Below, piece after piece: positions 24,375 through 34,152 of a stretch of DNA of 64,000 nucleotides. The stretch is from NCBI GenBank assembly GCA_964598305.1, contig CAZRBP010000001.1, forward strand, positions 22,501 to 86,500, read 5' to 3'. The position numbers were made by a program, and so were the translations under genes. Positions within the stretch are counted from its first letter, which is position 1. Each line of letters opens with the position of its first letter. The notes beneath the pieces were generated by a model, which had not been told where the DNA came from, ran no database searches, and saw nothing but the letters and a program-made list of their open reading frames with translations. Origin of the DNA: an uncultured Pseudomonadales bacterium (GTDB lineage Bacteria; Pseudomonadota; Gammaproteobacteria; Pseudomonadales; Azotimanducaceae).

Positions 24375-26317
24375 ACACACTGAAAACGGCCTTCATGCTC
24401 GTCATCGCCACCTCCTTGGCGGCCTGCAGTGCACCGGAGGAGCAGCCGGAAGCGCCGGCGACGGAGGAAGCCGCCATGCAAGAGGCGGTGCCTGCGGTGA
24501 TCGAATCCAACCCCAACCGCAACCCCTATTTCGGGGATCTGCACGTGCACACCACCTATTCGTTCGATGCGTTCCTGTTCGGCACCCGGGCCACCCCCGA
24601 TGACGCCTACGCCTTCGCCAAGGGCGGTGCGTTGACTCACGCAGACGGCTTCGAAATGAAGATGAAAAAACCCTTGGACTTCCAAGCGGTGACCGATCAC
24701 GCCACCTACTTGGGCATGCTGCCGGAAATGTTTGACGAGACCACCAAGGCAGGCCAGCATTCGATTGCCGCCGACCTGCGCAATGCCGAGACGCCGGCGG
24801 AGATCGGCGAGGCCTTCGAGTCCGTTCTGCCGCGCATCGGCGGCACCTTGGAAGAGCCCGACGATTTGCTGGACCTGAACGTGGTCAGCGGCGCCTGGAG
24901 CAAGATCATCGAGTCCGCCGAACGCAACAACGAGCCCGGCGAGTTCACCGCTTTCATCGGCTACGAGTACACCACCTCCGGCCCCGAGTTCGAGAACCTG
25001 CACCGCAACGTCATCTTCCCCGGCTCCGACGCACCGGACATCCCGTTCAGCCGCCTGGACTCCACGAACCCGGAAGACCTCTGGGATTGGATGGACGACC
25101 TGCGCAACCAAGGCATGGACGCATTGGCCATTCCGCACAATTCCAACGGCTCCAATGGCTGGATGTTCGAGAAGACCTATCAATCAGGCGAGCCGATCGA
25201 CGCCGCCTACGCCGAACAGCGCATGCGCAACGAGCCGCTGGTGGAGATCACCCAAGTGAAGGGCACCTCGGATACGCACCCCATGCTGTCGCCCAACGAC
25301 GAGTGGGCCGATTTCGAGATTATGCCGGTGCGGGTGGCCAGCCCCTTGGAGAGCGAGCCCCAGGGCAGCTACGTCCGTGAGGCCTGGCTGAACGGCCTGG
25401 CCATGGAGAACGCCGAGGGCTTGAACCCGTACCGCTTTGGCGTCATCGGCTCCTCGGACACCCACAACGCCGCCGGATCCTTCGAGGAGGATAACTATTG
25501 GAGCAAAACCGGACTGCTCGACTCCACGCCCCAGCTGCGCGGCTCGGTGCCCCTCGACGAGGGAATGGACGCCAACGTCTTCAACATAAGCGACTTGGAC
25601 AGTGAGTCCTCCGGTGAGGAGGCCGCTGCGGACGGGTCCGCCTACTCAGACACGCCCGCCCAATACTGGGGGGCTTCCGGCTTGGCCGGGGTCTGGGCGG
25701 AGAGCAATACGCGCGCGGCCATCTACGACGCCTTCCGCCGCAAGGAGACCTTCGCCACCAGCGGCCCGCACATCCCCGTGCGCTTCTTCGCAGGCTACGG
25801 CATCGACGAGGCGCTGCTCGAAGCGGAGGACGTCATCGCCACCGCCTACGCCGCCGGTGTGCCCATGGGCGGCGACCTCCTCGCCGACGGCGAAGCCGCC
25901 CCCGGCTTCTTCGTCTGGGCCCTGCGCGACAGCGACGCCGCCCCCCTGCAACGCCTGCAAGTGGTCAAGGGCTGGGTGGAGGAAGGCCAGAACAACGAGC
26001 AGGTCTTCGACGTAGCCTGCTCCGATGGCGGCACGGTTGACCCCGAAACCCACCGATGCCCCGACAACGGCGCGGCGGTGGACTTGGCCACCTGCGCCAT
26101 CAGCGACGACAAGGGCGCGGCGGAACTGTCGGCGGTCTGGCGGGATCCCACCTTCACCCCCGGCCAGCGGGCCTTCTACTACGTCCGCGTTCTGGAAAAC
26201 CCGAAGTGCCGATGGTCCACTTGGGACGCCATCCGCGAGGGCGTGGCGCCGCGCGAGGACATGCACGCCACCATCCAAGACCGAGCTTGGTCGTCACCAA
26301 TCTGGTACGTGCCGTAA
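24371..26317 (+). CDS. DUF3604-family lipoprotein
   Basis: The start was moved to ATG 24371 ([19 protein letters not shown] lipobox). NPYFGDLHVHTTYSFDA is the DUF3604 hallmark as I recall it. Confidence 0.7.
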   Translation: MNTLKTAFMLVIATSLAACSAPEEQPEAPATEEAAMQEAVPAVIESNPNRNPYFGDLHVHTTYSFDAFLFGTRATPDDAYAFAKGGALTHADGFEMKMKKPLDFQAVTDHATYLGMLPEMFDETTKAGQHSIAADLRNAETPAEIGEAFESVLPRIGGTLEEPDDLLDLNVVSGAWSKIIESAERNNEPGEFTAFIGYEYTTSGPEFENLHRNVIFPGSDAPDIPFSRLDSTNPEDLWDWMDDLRNQGMDALAIPHNSNGSNGWMFEKTYQSGEPIDAAYAEQRMRNEPLVEITQVKGTSDTHPMLSPNDEWADFEIMPVRVASPLESEPQGSYVREAWLNGLAMENAEGLNPYRFGVIGSSDTHNAAGSFEEDNYWSKTGLLDSTPQLRGSVPLDEGMDANVFNISDLDSESSGEEAAADGSAYSDTPAQYWGASGLAGVWAESNTRAAIYDAFRRKETFATSGPHIPVRFFAGYGIDEALLEAEDVIATAYAAGVPMGGDLLADGEAAPGFFVWALRDSDAAPLQRLQVVKGWVEEGQNNEQVFDVACSDGGTVDPETHRCPDNGAAVDLATCAISDDKGAAELSAVWRDPTFTPGQRAFYYVRVLENPKCRWSTWDAIREGVAPREDMHATIQDRAWSSPIWYVP

Positions 26318-26365
26318 TCGAGGAGAGCGAGTGGGCGAGCCTTCGATAACATAGTGGAGGAATTC

Positions 26366-28621
26366 ATGCGCCGAATCACCATCGCTGCCGCACTGCTGCT
26401 AGCCGGCTGCCAGCCGAGTCAAGAAGCGGCGCAGCCAGCATCATCCACCTACGATGTGGAGATTCGTTGGACCAGTTACGGCATCCCTCACGTCAAGGCC
26501 ACCGACTGGGGCTCACTGGGCTATGGCTTTGCCTACGCGACCGCCACCGATGCCATCTGCGTGATTGCCCGCGACGTGCTCTTGGTCAATGGCGAGCTGT
26601 CCAAACACCATGGGCCGGACGAGGGACGCTTCGATAGCGACGTCTTCCACAAGGGCATCCTCACCGAGGACAAGGTCGCGGCGTACAACCAGGCGCAAAG
26701 CGACCGCGACCTAGCCTTCGCCGACGGCTACGTGGCGGGCTATAACCGCTATGTGCGCGACCACGCCGAGTCACTGCCCGAAAGTTGCGCGGGCGCGCCC
26801 TGGGTCGCCGAGATCGACGCCGACGACCTCACCCGGCTGACCCTTGGGGTGGGCATTCGCTACGGCTTGGGCCGTTTCCGCACGGAAATCAGCCAAGCGG
26901 CCCCGATTGAAGCATCCAGTTCGGACCAGGTGGCCAGCCAACCCACTTCGTGGCGCTTGCCGGACGGCATCGGCAGCAACGGGGTGGCCATCGGCTCCGC
27001 GTTGAGCGCTTCGGGGCGCGGCATTCTGCTGGGCAATCCCCACTACCCGTGGCACGGCTCATCCCGCTTTCACCTCATCCACACCACCCTGCCCGGCGAA
27101 GTCGACGTCATGGGCGCCAGCCTGCTCAACACCAGCCGGGTGGCCATCGGCTTCAACAAGGACGTGGCGTGGACGCACACGGTCTCGACGGCGCTGCGCT
27201 TCACCCTCTACCAACTGCAGCTCAATCCAGACAATCCGCTGCAGTACCGCTATGACGGAGCCTACCGCGACATCGAGCCCCGGGTCGTCACGGTCGAAGT
27301 GGCGACGGAAGACGGCGCGGAGGCCCGTCAGCAGACGATTTACCTCACCCACTACGGCCCCATCCTGGAGAACGACCTGCTGCCTTGGTCCGCCAGCCAC
27401 GCCTACGCCCTGCGCGACGCGGTGATCGGCAACTACGTCACCGCAGACACCTACGACGCCATGAGCAAGGCAGCCTCAACGGCGGAATTGGAAGCCGCCA
27501 TCAGCCGCCAAGGGGTGTTTTGGGTGAACACCATCGCCGCCGACCGGCACGGCAACGCCTTCTACGCCGACATCAGCGGCGCGCCCAACGTGGACGCCGA
27601 CTTGCTGGACGCCTGCGGCCTGTCCGTGGAGGGTGCGCCGGAACGGCTGGTCATCCTGGACGGCAGCCGCGCCGATTGCGAATGGCGCGAGGACGAGCGA
27701 AGCCGCGTTGCCGGCACCCTGCCGCCCGCGGAAATGCCGCGCCTGACCCGAGCCGACTACGTCACCAATTCCAACGACAGCTATTGGCTGAGCAACCCCG
27801 ACGCGCCCTTGGAAGGCTATTCGCCCATCATCGGCCCGGAGCGAACCGCCCGCTCCTTGCGTACCCGGGCAGGCCTGCACATGGTCGCCGAACTGATCGA
27901 ACGAGGCGGCGTCATCACCCCGGACGACATCCAGTACATGCTCTACAACCATCGCCACTACGGCGCCGAACTGCTGCTCGATGACGTGCTTGAAGTGTGC
28001 GGCGACCACGCCGACCTAGCCCCCGCCTGCGAAGCGCTCGCGGCTTGGGACCGAACCATGACGGTGGATGCCCGGGGCGGCCACGTGTGGCGGGAGTTCT
28101 GGAACGAAGCGCACGACATCGACGGCCTCTTGGCGGTGCCTTTCGATGCGGACGACCCAATCAACACCCCGCGTGGAGTCAACCTCGAAAGCCCCGCAGT
28201 GCGCCAGGCGGTGGCAGATGCCCTGCGCACCGCCACCACCACGCTGAGCGAGGCCAACATCCCGCTGAACGCCCGCCTCGGCGACATCCAGTACGCCCCG
28301 CGCAACGGCCGCAACATCCCGGTCCCCGGCGGCATCGGCACCGCCGGGATGTTCAGCATGATCATCACCAGCCTAGATCCGGAGAAGGGCTACACGCCCA
28401 TCATCCACGGCAACAGCTACATCCAAGTCATCAGTTGGGATGAGGATGGCAACCTCGATCCGCGGGCGATGCTGACCTATTCCCAATCACCGGAGCCGGA
28501 CTCGCCCCACTACAGCGACCTAACGGAAATCTACGCCCAAGGCGGCTGGGTCCGCCTACCCTTCACCGACGCGGAGATCGAGGCCGACCCGAACCTGAGA
28601 ACCCTGCACTTGACGGAGTGA
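26366..28621 (+). CDS. Penicillin/acyl-homoserine-lactone acylase family Ntn-hydrolase (lipoprotein signal)
   Basis: ATG 26366 follows a GGAGG SD. The signal is MRRITIAAALLLAGC. YGIPHV is present, as is the nucleophile context DGIGSNGVAIG and GNPHYPW. Confidence 0.8.
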   Translation: MRRITIAAALLLAGCQPSQEAAQPASSTYDVEIRWTSYGIPHVKATDWGSLGYGFAYATATDAICVIARDVLLVNGELSKHHGPDEGRFDSDVFHKGILTEDKVAAYNQAQSDRDLAFADGYVAGYNRYVRDHAESLPESCAGAPWVAEIDADDLTRLTLGVGIRYGLGRFRTEISQAAPIEASSSDQVASQPTSWRLPDGIGSNGVAIGSALSASGRGILLGNPHYPWHGSSRFHLIHTTLPGEVDVMGASLLNTSRVAIGFNKDVAWTHTVSTALRFTLYQLQLNPDNPLQYRYDGAYRDIEPRVVTVEVATEDGAEARQQTIYLTHYGPILENDLLPWSASHAYALRDAVIGNYVTADTYDAMSKAASTAELEAAISRQGVFWVNTIAADRHGNAFYADISGAPNVDADLLDACGLSVEGAPERLVILDGSRADCEWREDERSRVAGTLPPAEMPRLTRADYVTNSNDSYWLSNPDAPLEGYSPIIGPERTARSLRTRAGLHMVAELIERGGVITPDDIQYMLYNHRHYGAELLLDDVLEVCGDHADLAPACEALAAWDRTMTVDARGGHVWREFWNEAHDIDGLLAVPFDADDPINTPRGVNLESPAVRQAVADALRTATTTLSEANIPLNARLGDIQYAPRNGRNIPVPGGIGTAGMFSMIITSLDPEKGYTPIIHGNSYIQVISWDEDGNLDPRAMLTYSQSPEPDSPHYSDLTEIYAQGGWVRLPFTDAEIEADPNLRTLHLTE

Positions 28622-28623
28622 GT

Positions 28624-30315
28624 TCAAAGAGGAAGCTTCCAGATGTCAGTCGCCTGCTTGGCCATCCATTGCTGGTGCGCACGGACTTTCTCGACGGTCC
28701 ACGAATCGAACTCGTCCGCCACTCGGCGAGTGATGGCGAACTCGCTTTGGCAGTATGCCTCACGCTTTTCGCCGTAGGAAGCATTGCCCAACTCCCGGTT
28801 CAGCGCGGTCTCCAATAGCGTCTGGTTGCCTAGGCGGTGCATGAATTCATCGCGCTGCCGTTCATCGAACTGCTCCCAGCCTTCGTCAGGGTGCCCGGGC
28901 AAAACGTGTTCAATGTTGTAGGTGTCACTCTCGAAATCGAAGTCCTGGCCGGACAGTTTTCGCTCCAGCCGCAACAAAATGTATCGGACCACCCTCCGGT
29001 TGCGGCGGACGTTTAACGCCTTTTCGGCGAAGGCGGTGCGAAAGGGGCTGTTTCCTGGGTAAACCGGTCGCAGGGCTTCAATCGCGGCCGAAGGCTCGCC
29101 GATTTCCCCGCTTGAGATGCGGCAGGCGATTCGGTTGTACACCCCTTCCTGCTCGTTGCTCTGACGTCGGCAAATCAGATTGTAGCGGAAGGAGACGACG
29201 GCAATGGCCTTGAGAAAGCGGCCAAACCCGGCACGGTCATTTTCCGTAAATCGATCAAAAGCGGCCAACAACACCGCAAATGGCTGACGCACACCGAACA
29301 TGCCTAGCTGCTGCAGACTGTTGCGTTCCGCAACTTCCCAACTTCCCTCCTCGGGATTGCGCAGCTGGGCGTACACCCGAGCCTGCCGGTCGAGATCTCG
29401 AACCAAATCGAACGCCGCGGCCCTGCCGGTCACGGTGCCTCGTATGGTCTTGAAAAGCTCCGTCTTGCGCACTAAGGGATTGCGGCTGTTCCAGAAGGTG
29501 CGCAGGAATTCCGGGAAGCTCTCGCCGCCCAGCAGTCCAATGATGCCCTCCCAGCGGCTCTCCAAGGCCGTGATTTCGGATTCATGGGCACCATCCCGAG
29601 CAACCACTGAGAACAGAAAGTTCTTCAGCAGGTCAGTTGCGGACAAGCGCACGCCGCGCGCATTGAGCGTCTCGAAGACAGTGAAGGCGTTCAATTCATC
29701 GGTGACCGTGATGACCGTGAACAGCAGCTTGTCCACCACTTCATCCACAAATCGGGCCACTGCGGTTCCATCGTCGGCGACGTGGGATTGCATGCGCTCC
29801 GCAAACCAAAGAAATGCTCGGCGCATCAAGCGTTCAGAAGCGTTCAAGCCTCGACTAGGCAACGGTTCGAGCGGTACCAGATAGCTCTGATAGTAGAGGT
29901 CGTTGTGACGATTGAGCGTTAGCTTGGAGCGTGGCACCAAGGTGACCGGGTCCAAATAGCCGATGTAGCTGCCGCGCAGCTGCTCGGCGCGCCGGTTTTC
30001 CGGGTCCTGCTCGCTATCCGAATTGGCCATGCCCCTCAGTTGCGATATGGCTGCCAGCACCAGAAGGCTCAATGTCGTCATGCGCTGCTGGCCATCGATG
30101 ATCTCGAAGTCCTTGTTGTCGGCCGACTGAAGGACCAAGTAGCCCATGTAGTGGGCCGACTCTGAGTCTTCGGCGGTCAACGCCACGATGTCCTGCCATA
30201 GGTCATCCCACTCATCCGGTCCCCAAGAGTAGTCACGCTGGAATGCCGGCACCCGATAGCTCAAGCCGTTGCCCATGAGCTGGCGAAAAGTGCTGTTGGC
30301 CGTGTTGAAGTTCAT
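28624..30315 (-). CDS. DUF262 + DUF1524 two-domain protein, GmrSD-like type IV (modification-dependent) restriction endonuclease candidate
   Basis: The N-terminus carries FQRDYSW and IIDGQQRMTTL. The C-terminus carries YNIEHVLP..HRLGNQTLLETALNRELGN (His-Me finger-like). Confidence 0.75.
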   Translation of the reverse strand: MNFNTANSTFRQLMGNGLSYRVPAFQRDYSWGPDEWDDLWQDIVALTAEDSESAHYMGYLVLQSADNKDFEIIDGQQRMTTLSLLVLAAISQLRGMANSDSEQDPENRRAEQLRGSYIGYLDPVTLVPRSKLTLNRHNDLYYQSYLVPLEPLPSRGLNASERLMRRAFLWFAERMQSHVADDGTAVARFVDEVVDKLLFTVITVTDELNAFTVFETLNARGVRLSATDLLKNFLFSVVARDGAHESEITALESRWEGIIGLLGGESFPEFLRTFWNSRNPLVRKTELFKTIRGTVTGRAAAFDLVRDLDRQARVYAQLRNPEEGSWEVAERNSLQQLGMFGVRQPFAVLLAAFDRFTENDRAGFGRFLKAIAVVSFRYNLICRRQSNEQEGVYNRIACRISSGEIGEPSAAIEALRPVYPGNSPFRTAFAEKALNVRRNRRVVRYILLRLERKLSGQDFDFESDTYNIEHVLPGHPDEGWEQFDERQRDEFMHRLGNQTLLETALNRELGNASYGEKREAYCQSEFAITRRVADEFDSWTVEKVRAHQQWMAKQATDIWKLPL

Positions 30316-30331
30316 GTTGGCGCTCCAGATC

Positions 30332-31858
30332 TCAGCCCTGCCCTTCCCAGTACGGCGCCCGCAGCTTGCGTTTGTTGATCTTGCCCATGGTGTTGCGGCC
30401 TAGGGTGTCCACCCAGTCGAAGGTGCGCGGGCACTTGTAGTGGGATAGGCGCTCGCGGCACCAAGCAATGACCACTTCGCCGGAAGGGGCGTTTTGCGGG
30501 TCATGGGGGATGGCCAGGGCCTTGAGCTCCTCGCCCATTTCCGGGTGGGGGATGCCGATGCAGGCCACGTCGAGGATGGCCTCGTGCTCGATCAGCACCT
30601 GCTCGGCTTCCGCCGGGTAGATGTTGACGCCGCCGGACACCACCATGTCGCTGAAGCGGTCGGTGATGTAAACGTAGCCGTCCTCGTCCATGTAGGCGAT
30701 TTCGCCCAAGGTGAACACGCCCGGGGCGATGTGCGCGGCCGCGGACTTCTCCGGGTCGTTGTGGTAGATGACGCCCCGTCCAGTGGTGTCCTTGAAGAAC
30801 AGGCGCCCCTCCGTGTTGGGCGGTAACGGGTTGTCGTCGTCGTCCAGAATCATCGCTTCGAAGGGCGGCACCGCCTTGCCCACCGAGCCCGGATGCTCCA
30901 GCCACTCCTCGGAGGTGATGACGCAGGTGCTGCCCACCTCGCTGGCGCCGTAAGCGTCCACGAACACCGGCCCCCACCACTCGATCATCGCCCGCTTCAC
31001 GTCCACTGGGCACTTGGCGCCGGTATGCGCGACGCGAATCAGGGAAGTGCTGTCGTAGCGGGCCTTGACGTCATCCGGCAAGGCCAGCAGGCGCACGAAG
31101 TGGGTGGGCACCATGACCGTGTTGCCGATCCGGTGCTCAGCTATCGCCTTGAGCGTCTTCTCCGCATCGAATCGGCCCAGGATGACGCAGGGCACGCCGG
31201 CGGCTAGGGAACGGGCGCCGGACAACGGGCCAGTGTGGTACATGGGGCCGACCACCAGATGGGTGCCGGCGTCCGCCACCGGAGCGGCGGCCAAGTTGGC
31301 GATGTGCTCGGCGACGGTGTCGCCGCCGGCGAACATGGTGGGGGGCAACTCCGTGCCCTTGGGCCGTCCGGTGGTGCCGGAGGTGTAGAGCAGGTTCGGC
31401 CGCGGCGGCAAATCCCCCGGCGGTTCGTCGGCGGACTGCGCGGCCAGCCAGGCATCCCAGGGCGTCACGCCCTCCTCTTCGCACCAGCCAATGACTCTGG
31501 TGACCTCGCTGGCTGCGGCGGCGGCAACGCCCCGTTCAGCGGTCTCGGGGCCGACAAACAGCACGCGGGCTCCGGAATCGCTCAAAATGTAGGCCACTTC
31601 GTCGGCGGTGAGGTGGAAGTTGACCGGCACCACGGAGGCGCCGCCGATCAGACCGCCGAGGTTGGCCAGGGCGGTTTCGACGGCGTTCTCGGCAAAGACC
31701 GCAATACGGCGGCCCGGTCCCAAATCCACGGTCTGCAGCCCGTTGGCCACCCGATTGAGGACATCGTCGAGTTGCAGCCAGCCAAGCGCTTGACGCTCGT
31801 CGCGAACCGCCACCTCATCGGGCCGCTCCGCCCCCAATTGCCGCGCAAAAGTCGTCAC
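30332..31858 (-). CDS. AMP-dependent acyl-CoA synthetase/ligase
   Basis: The AMP-binding motif LLYTSGTTGRPKG is present, along with GEIAYMDEDGYVYITDR and the C-terminal K.NKRKL. Confidence 0.85.
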   Translation of the reverse strand: MTTFARQLGAERPDEVAVRDERQALGWLQLDDVLNRVANGLQTVDLGPGRRIAVFAENAVETALANLGGLIGGASVVPVNFHLTADEVAYILSDSGARVLFVGPETAERGVAAAAASEVTRVIGWCEEEGVTPWDAWLAAQSADEPPGDLPPRPNLLYTSGTTGRPKGTELPPTMFAGGDTVAEHIANLAAAPVADAGTHLVVGPMYHTGPLSGARSLAAGVPCVILGRFDAEKTLKAIAEHRIGNTVMVPTHFVRLLALPDDVKARYDSTSLIRVAHTGAKCPVDVKRAMIEWWGPVFVDAYGASEVGSTCVITSEEWLEHPGSVGKAVPPFEAMILDDDDNPLPPNTEGRLFFKDTTGRGVIYHNDPEKSAAAHIAPGVFTLGEIAYMDEDGYVYITDRFSDMVVSGGVNIYPAEAEQVLIEHEAILDVACIGIPHPEMGEELKALAIPHDPQNAPSGEVVIAWCRERLSHYKCPRTFDWVDTLGRNTMGKINKRKLRAPYWEGQG

Positions 31859-32005
31859 CCTGCCTCCTTGTTCACGAGTTGAATTCCCCCGAAGTCCGCC
31901 ACTCGGTCAGCGCGGAGTTTCGCGCCAGCGAAGCTCCAAACAAGCTTGGGCCCTCTTGGGCCAAAGTTCGCGTTGTAAAAGCTGTCGTAAATGGGAAAAT
32001 ACGCT

Positions 32006-32022
32006 GCTTAACGCGCTTAAGC
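32006..32022. promoter_or_regulatory. Palindrome GCTTAA-N5-TTAAGC upstream of the E1-alpha gene
   Basis: Perfect 6-bp arms. It shares 6-5-6 geometry with the palindrome at 32062. Confidence 0.25.
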
Positions 32023-32061
32023 CTCGGGCCTGTTTTCATAATAACAATCTGGAACTCGAAG

Positions 32062-32078
32062 GTTCGACATTTTCGAAC
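32062..32078. promoter_or_regulatory. Palindrome GTTCGA-N5-TCGAAC upstream of the E1-alpha gene
   Basis: Perfect 6-bp arms, 45 nt upstream of the TTG start at 32123. Confidence 0.25.
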
Positions 32079-32122
32079 GAGGCCACCTTGAGCGCCTTCA
32101 CGTGCATTGACGGGAGAACACC

Positions 32123-33094
32123 TTGAGCAGCGAAATCACCGACGACATCCTGCTGGACATCCACCGGCGCATGGTGCGCATCCGCACCTTCGAGGAGCGG
32201 GCCGGCAAAATGATGGAGGACGGCAAGATTCCCGGCGCCCTGCACCTGTACGTGGGCCAGGAGGCCATCGCCAGCGCCGTGATGGTGCACCTCTCCAATG
32301 AGGACTACATCACCGGCACCCACCGTGGGCACGGCCACCTGATCGCCAAGGGCGGTGAATTCACCTACATGTTCGCCGAGCTCTACGGCAAGGCCACCGG
32401 CTACTGCAAGGGCAAGGGCGGCAGCATGCACATCTCCAACCTGGATCTCGGCATGCTCGGCGCCAACGGCATCGTCGGCGGCGGACCGCCCATCGCCATG
32501 GGCGCGGCCTTCTCCTGCAAGTTCCGCAAGACCAAAAACGTCTCCATCAGCTTCTTCGGCGACGGCGCCAGCAACGAGGGCGCCTTCCACGAGGCCGCCA
32601 ACATGGCCGCACTCTACAAGCTGCCCTGCGTGTTCGTCTGCGAGAACAACGGCTACGGCGAGTACACGCCCCAAGCCAACCACCAGGCCATCGTCGATGT
32701 CGCCGACCGGGCGCCGGGCTACGGGATGCCGGGCGTCGTGGTGGACGGCATGGACGCCGTCGCCGTCTATGAGGCGGCCGGCGAGGCCATCGCCCGGGCC
32801 CGGGAAGGCGGCGGGCCCACCCTGCTCGAGTGCAAGACCTACCGCTACTACGACCACGTCGGGGTGCGGGGCATGGGCTTGAGCTACCGCACCGACGAGG
32901 AAGTGGAGCAATGGCGGCTCAAGGACCCCATCGTGAACTTCGAAGCGCGGCTCGCCGAACAGGGCGTGCTGTCGCCTGAAGCGGCCCAAGCCGTCCATGA
33001 GGAAGTGCTAAATGAAGTGGAGGCCGGCATCGAGTTCGCCGAAGCCAGCCCCGATCCCGACCCCGCTGCCGTCACCGAAGACGTTTACGCCTAA
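32123..33094 (+). CDS. TPP-dependent 2-oxoacid (acetoin/pyruvate-type) dehydrogenase E1 alpha subunit (AcoA-like)
   Basis: The TPP motif is GDGASNEGAFHEAANMAALYKLP..VCENNGYG. The start is TTG as in the ORF track. Confidence 0.8.
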   Translation: MSSEITDDILLDIHRRMVRIRTFEERAGKMMEDGKIPGALHLYVGQEAIASAVMVHLSNEDYITGTHRGHGHLIAKGGEFTYMFAELYGKATGYCKGKGGSMHISNLDLGMLGANGIVGGGPPIAMGAAFSCKFRKTKNVSISFFGDGASNEGAFHEAANMAALYKLPCVFVCENNGYGEYTPQANHQAIVDVADRAPGYGMPGVVVDGMDAVAVYEAAGEAIARAREGGGPTLLECKTYRYYDHVGVRGMGLSYRTDEEVEQWRLKDPIVNFEARLAEQGVLSPEAAQAVHEEVLNEVEAGIEFAEASPDPDPAAVTEDVYA

Positions 33095-33110
33095 CCCAAG
33101 GAGCCCCGCA

Positions 33111-34109
33111 ATGGCCGAACCCCAACCCAAACCCAGGGAACTTCCCTACGTCGCCGCCATCACCGAAGGCGTACGCACGGTGATGCAGGAGCAGCCGGAC
33201 GCCTTCGTGGCCGGCGAGGACGTCGCCGAAGCGGGCGGCGTTTACGGCTACTACAACGGCATCCTGAAGGAATTCGGTCCGGACCGGGTGTTTGATACGC
33301 CGATTTCCGAAGAGGGCATCGTCGGTCTCGGCGTCGGCGCCGCCGCCACCGGCTGCCGCCCGATCATCGACGTGATGTTCATGGACTTCATGGGCGAGTG
33401 CATGGACGAGATCGCCAACCAGCTCGCCAAGATGCGCTACATGTTCGGCGGGCGGGCCACGCTGCCGGTGACCATCCTCAGCATGGCTGGCGCCGGCGCC
33501 AGCCTCGCCGCCCAGCACAGCCAGAGCCTGGAGGCTTGGATCTGCCACCTACCGGGCCTGAAGGTGGTGATGGCCTGCACCCCCTACGACGCCAAGGGGC
33601 TGATCATCAGCGCCGCGCGCGACGACAATCCGGTGATCGTGGTGCTCAACAAGATGTCGCTGGCCATGATGGGGCCGGTGCCGGAGGAGTCGTACACGGT
33701 GCCCATCGGCGAAGCCAACGTGGTGCGCAGCGGCTCGAACTACACCATCATCAGCTACGGGCGTATGGTGCACGAGGCGCTCGCCGCAGCGACGCAACTC
33801 GAAAAGCTCGGCATCGATGCCGAAGTGATCGACCTGCGCAGCCTCCAGCCGCTGGACAGCGACGCCATCGTCGCCTCCGTGAAGAAGACCCACCGGGCGA
33901 TGATCGTCCACGAAGCCGTGCGCTTCGGCGGCTTCGGCGGCGAGATCACCGCGCAGATCCAGGAGTTGGCGTTCGACTACCTCGACGCCCCAGTGGCGCG
34001 GGTCGGCGCGCCGTTCAGCCCGGTACCTTTCAGCCCGGTGCTCGAAGCCACCTATGTGCCCAACGCCGACCGCATCGTCGCCGAGGCCAAGCAACAGCTC
34101 GGGCTTTAG
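33111..34109 (+). CDS. 2-oxoacid dehydrogenase E1 beta subunit (AcoB-like)
   Basis: The start was moved to ATG 33111 (MAEPQPKPRELPYVAAITEG) behind AAGGAG. A transketolase-like pyrimidine-binding block is present (FDTPISEEGIVGLGVGAA). Confidence 0.8.
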   Translation: MAEPQPKPRELPYVAAITEGVRTVMQEQPDAFVAGEDVAEAGGVYGYYNGILKEFGPDRVFDTPISEEGIVGLGVGAAATGCRPIIDVMFMDFMGECMDEIANQLAKMRYMFGGRATLPVTILSMAGAGASLAAQHSQSLEAWICHLPGLKVVMACTPYDAKGLIISAARDDNPVIVVLNKMSLAMMGPVPEESYTVPIGEANVVRSGSNYTIISYGRMVHEALAAATQLEKLGIDAEVIDLRSLQPLDSDAIVASVKKTHRAMIVHEAVRFGGFGGEITAQIQELAFDYLDAPVARVGAPFSPVPFSPVLEATYVPNADRIVAEAKQQLGL

Positions 34110-34152
34110 CGGCCACCTAGCGCCCTGTCCGGGTTAAGCGCCCCAGGAAACG

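Noticed and set aside
31859-32122. I searched for a sigma-54 (TGGCAC-N5-TTGC) promoter upstream of the acetoin-type cluster. TGGAACTCGAAGGTTC was the nearest candidate.
   Set aside because: The -12 GC element is missing at the required spacing. No AcoR-type activator gene is in the window.
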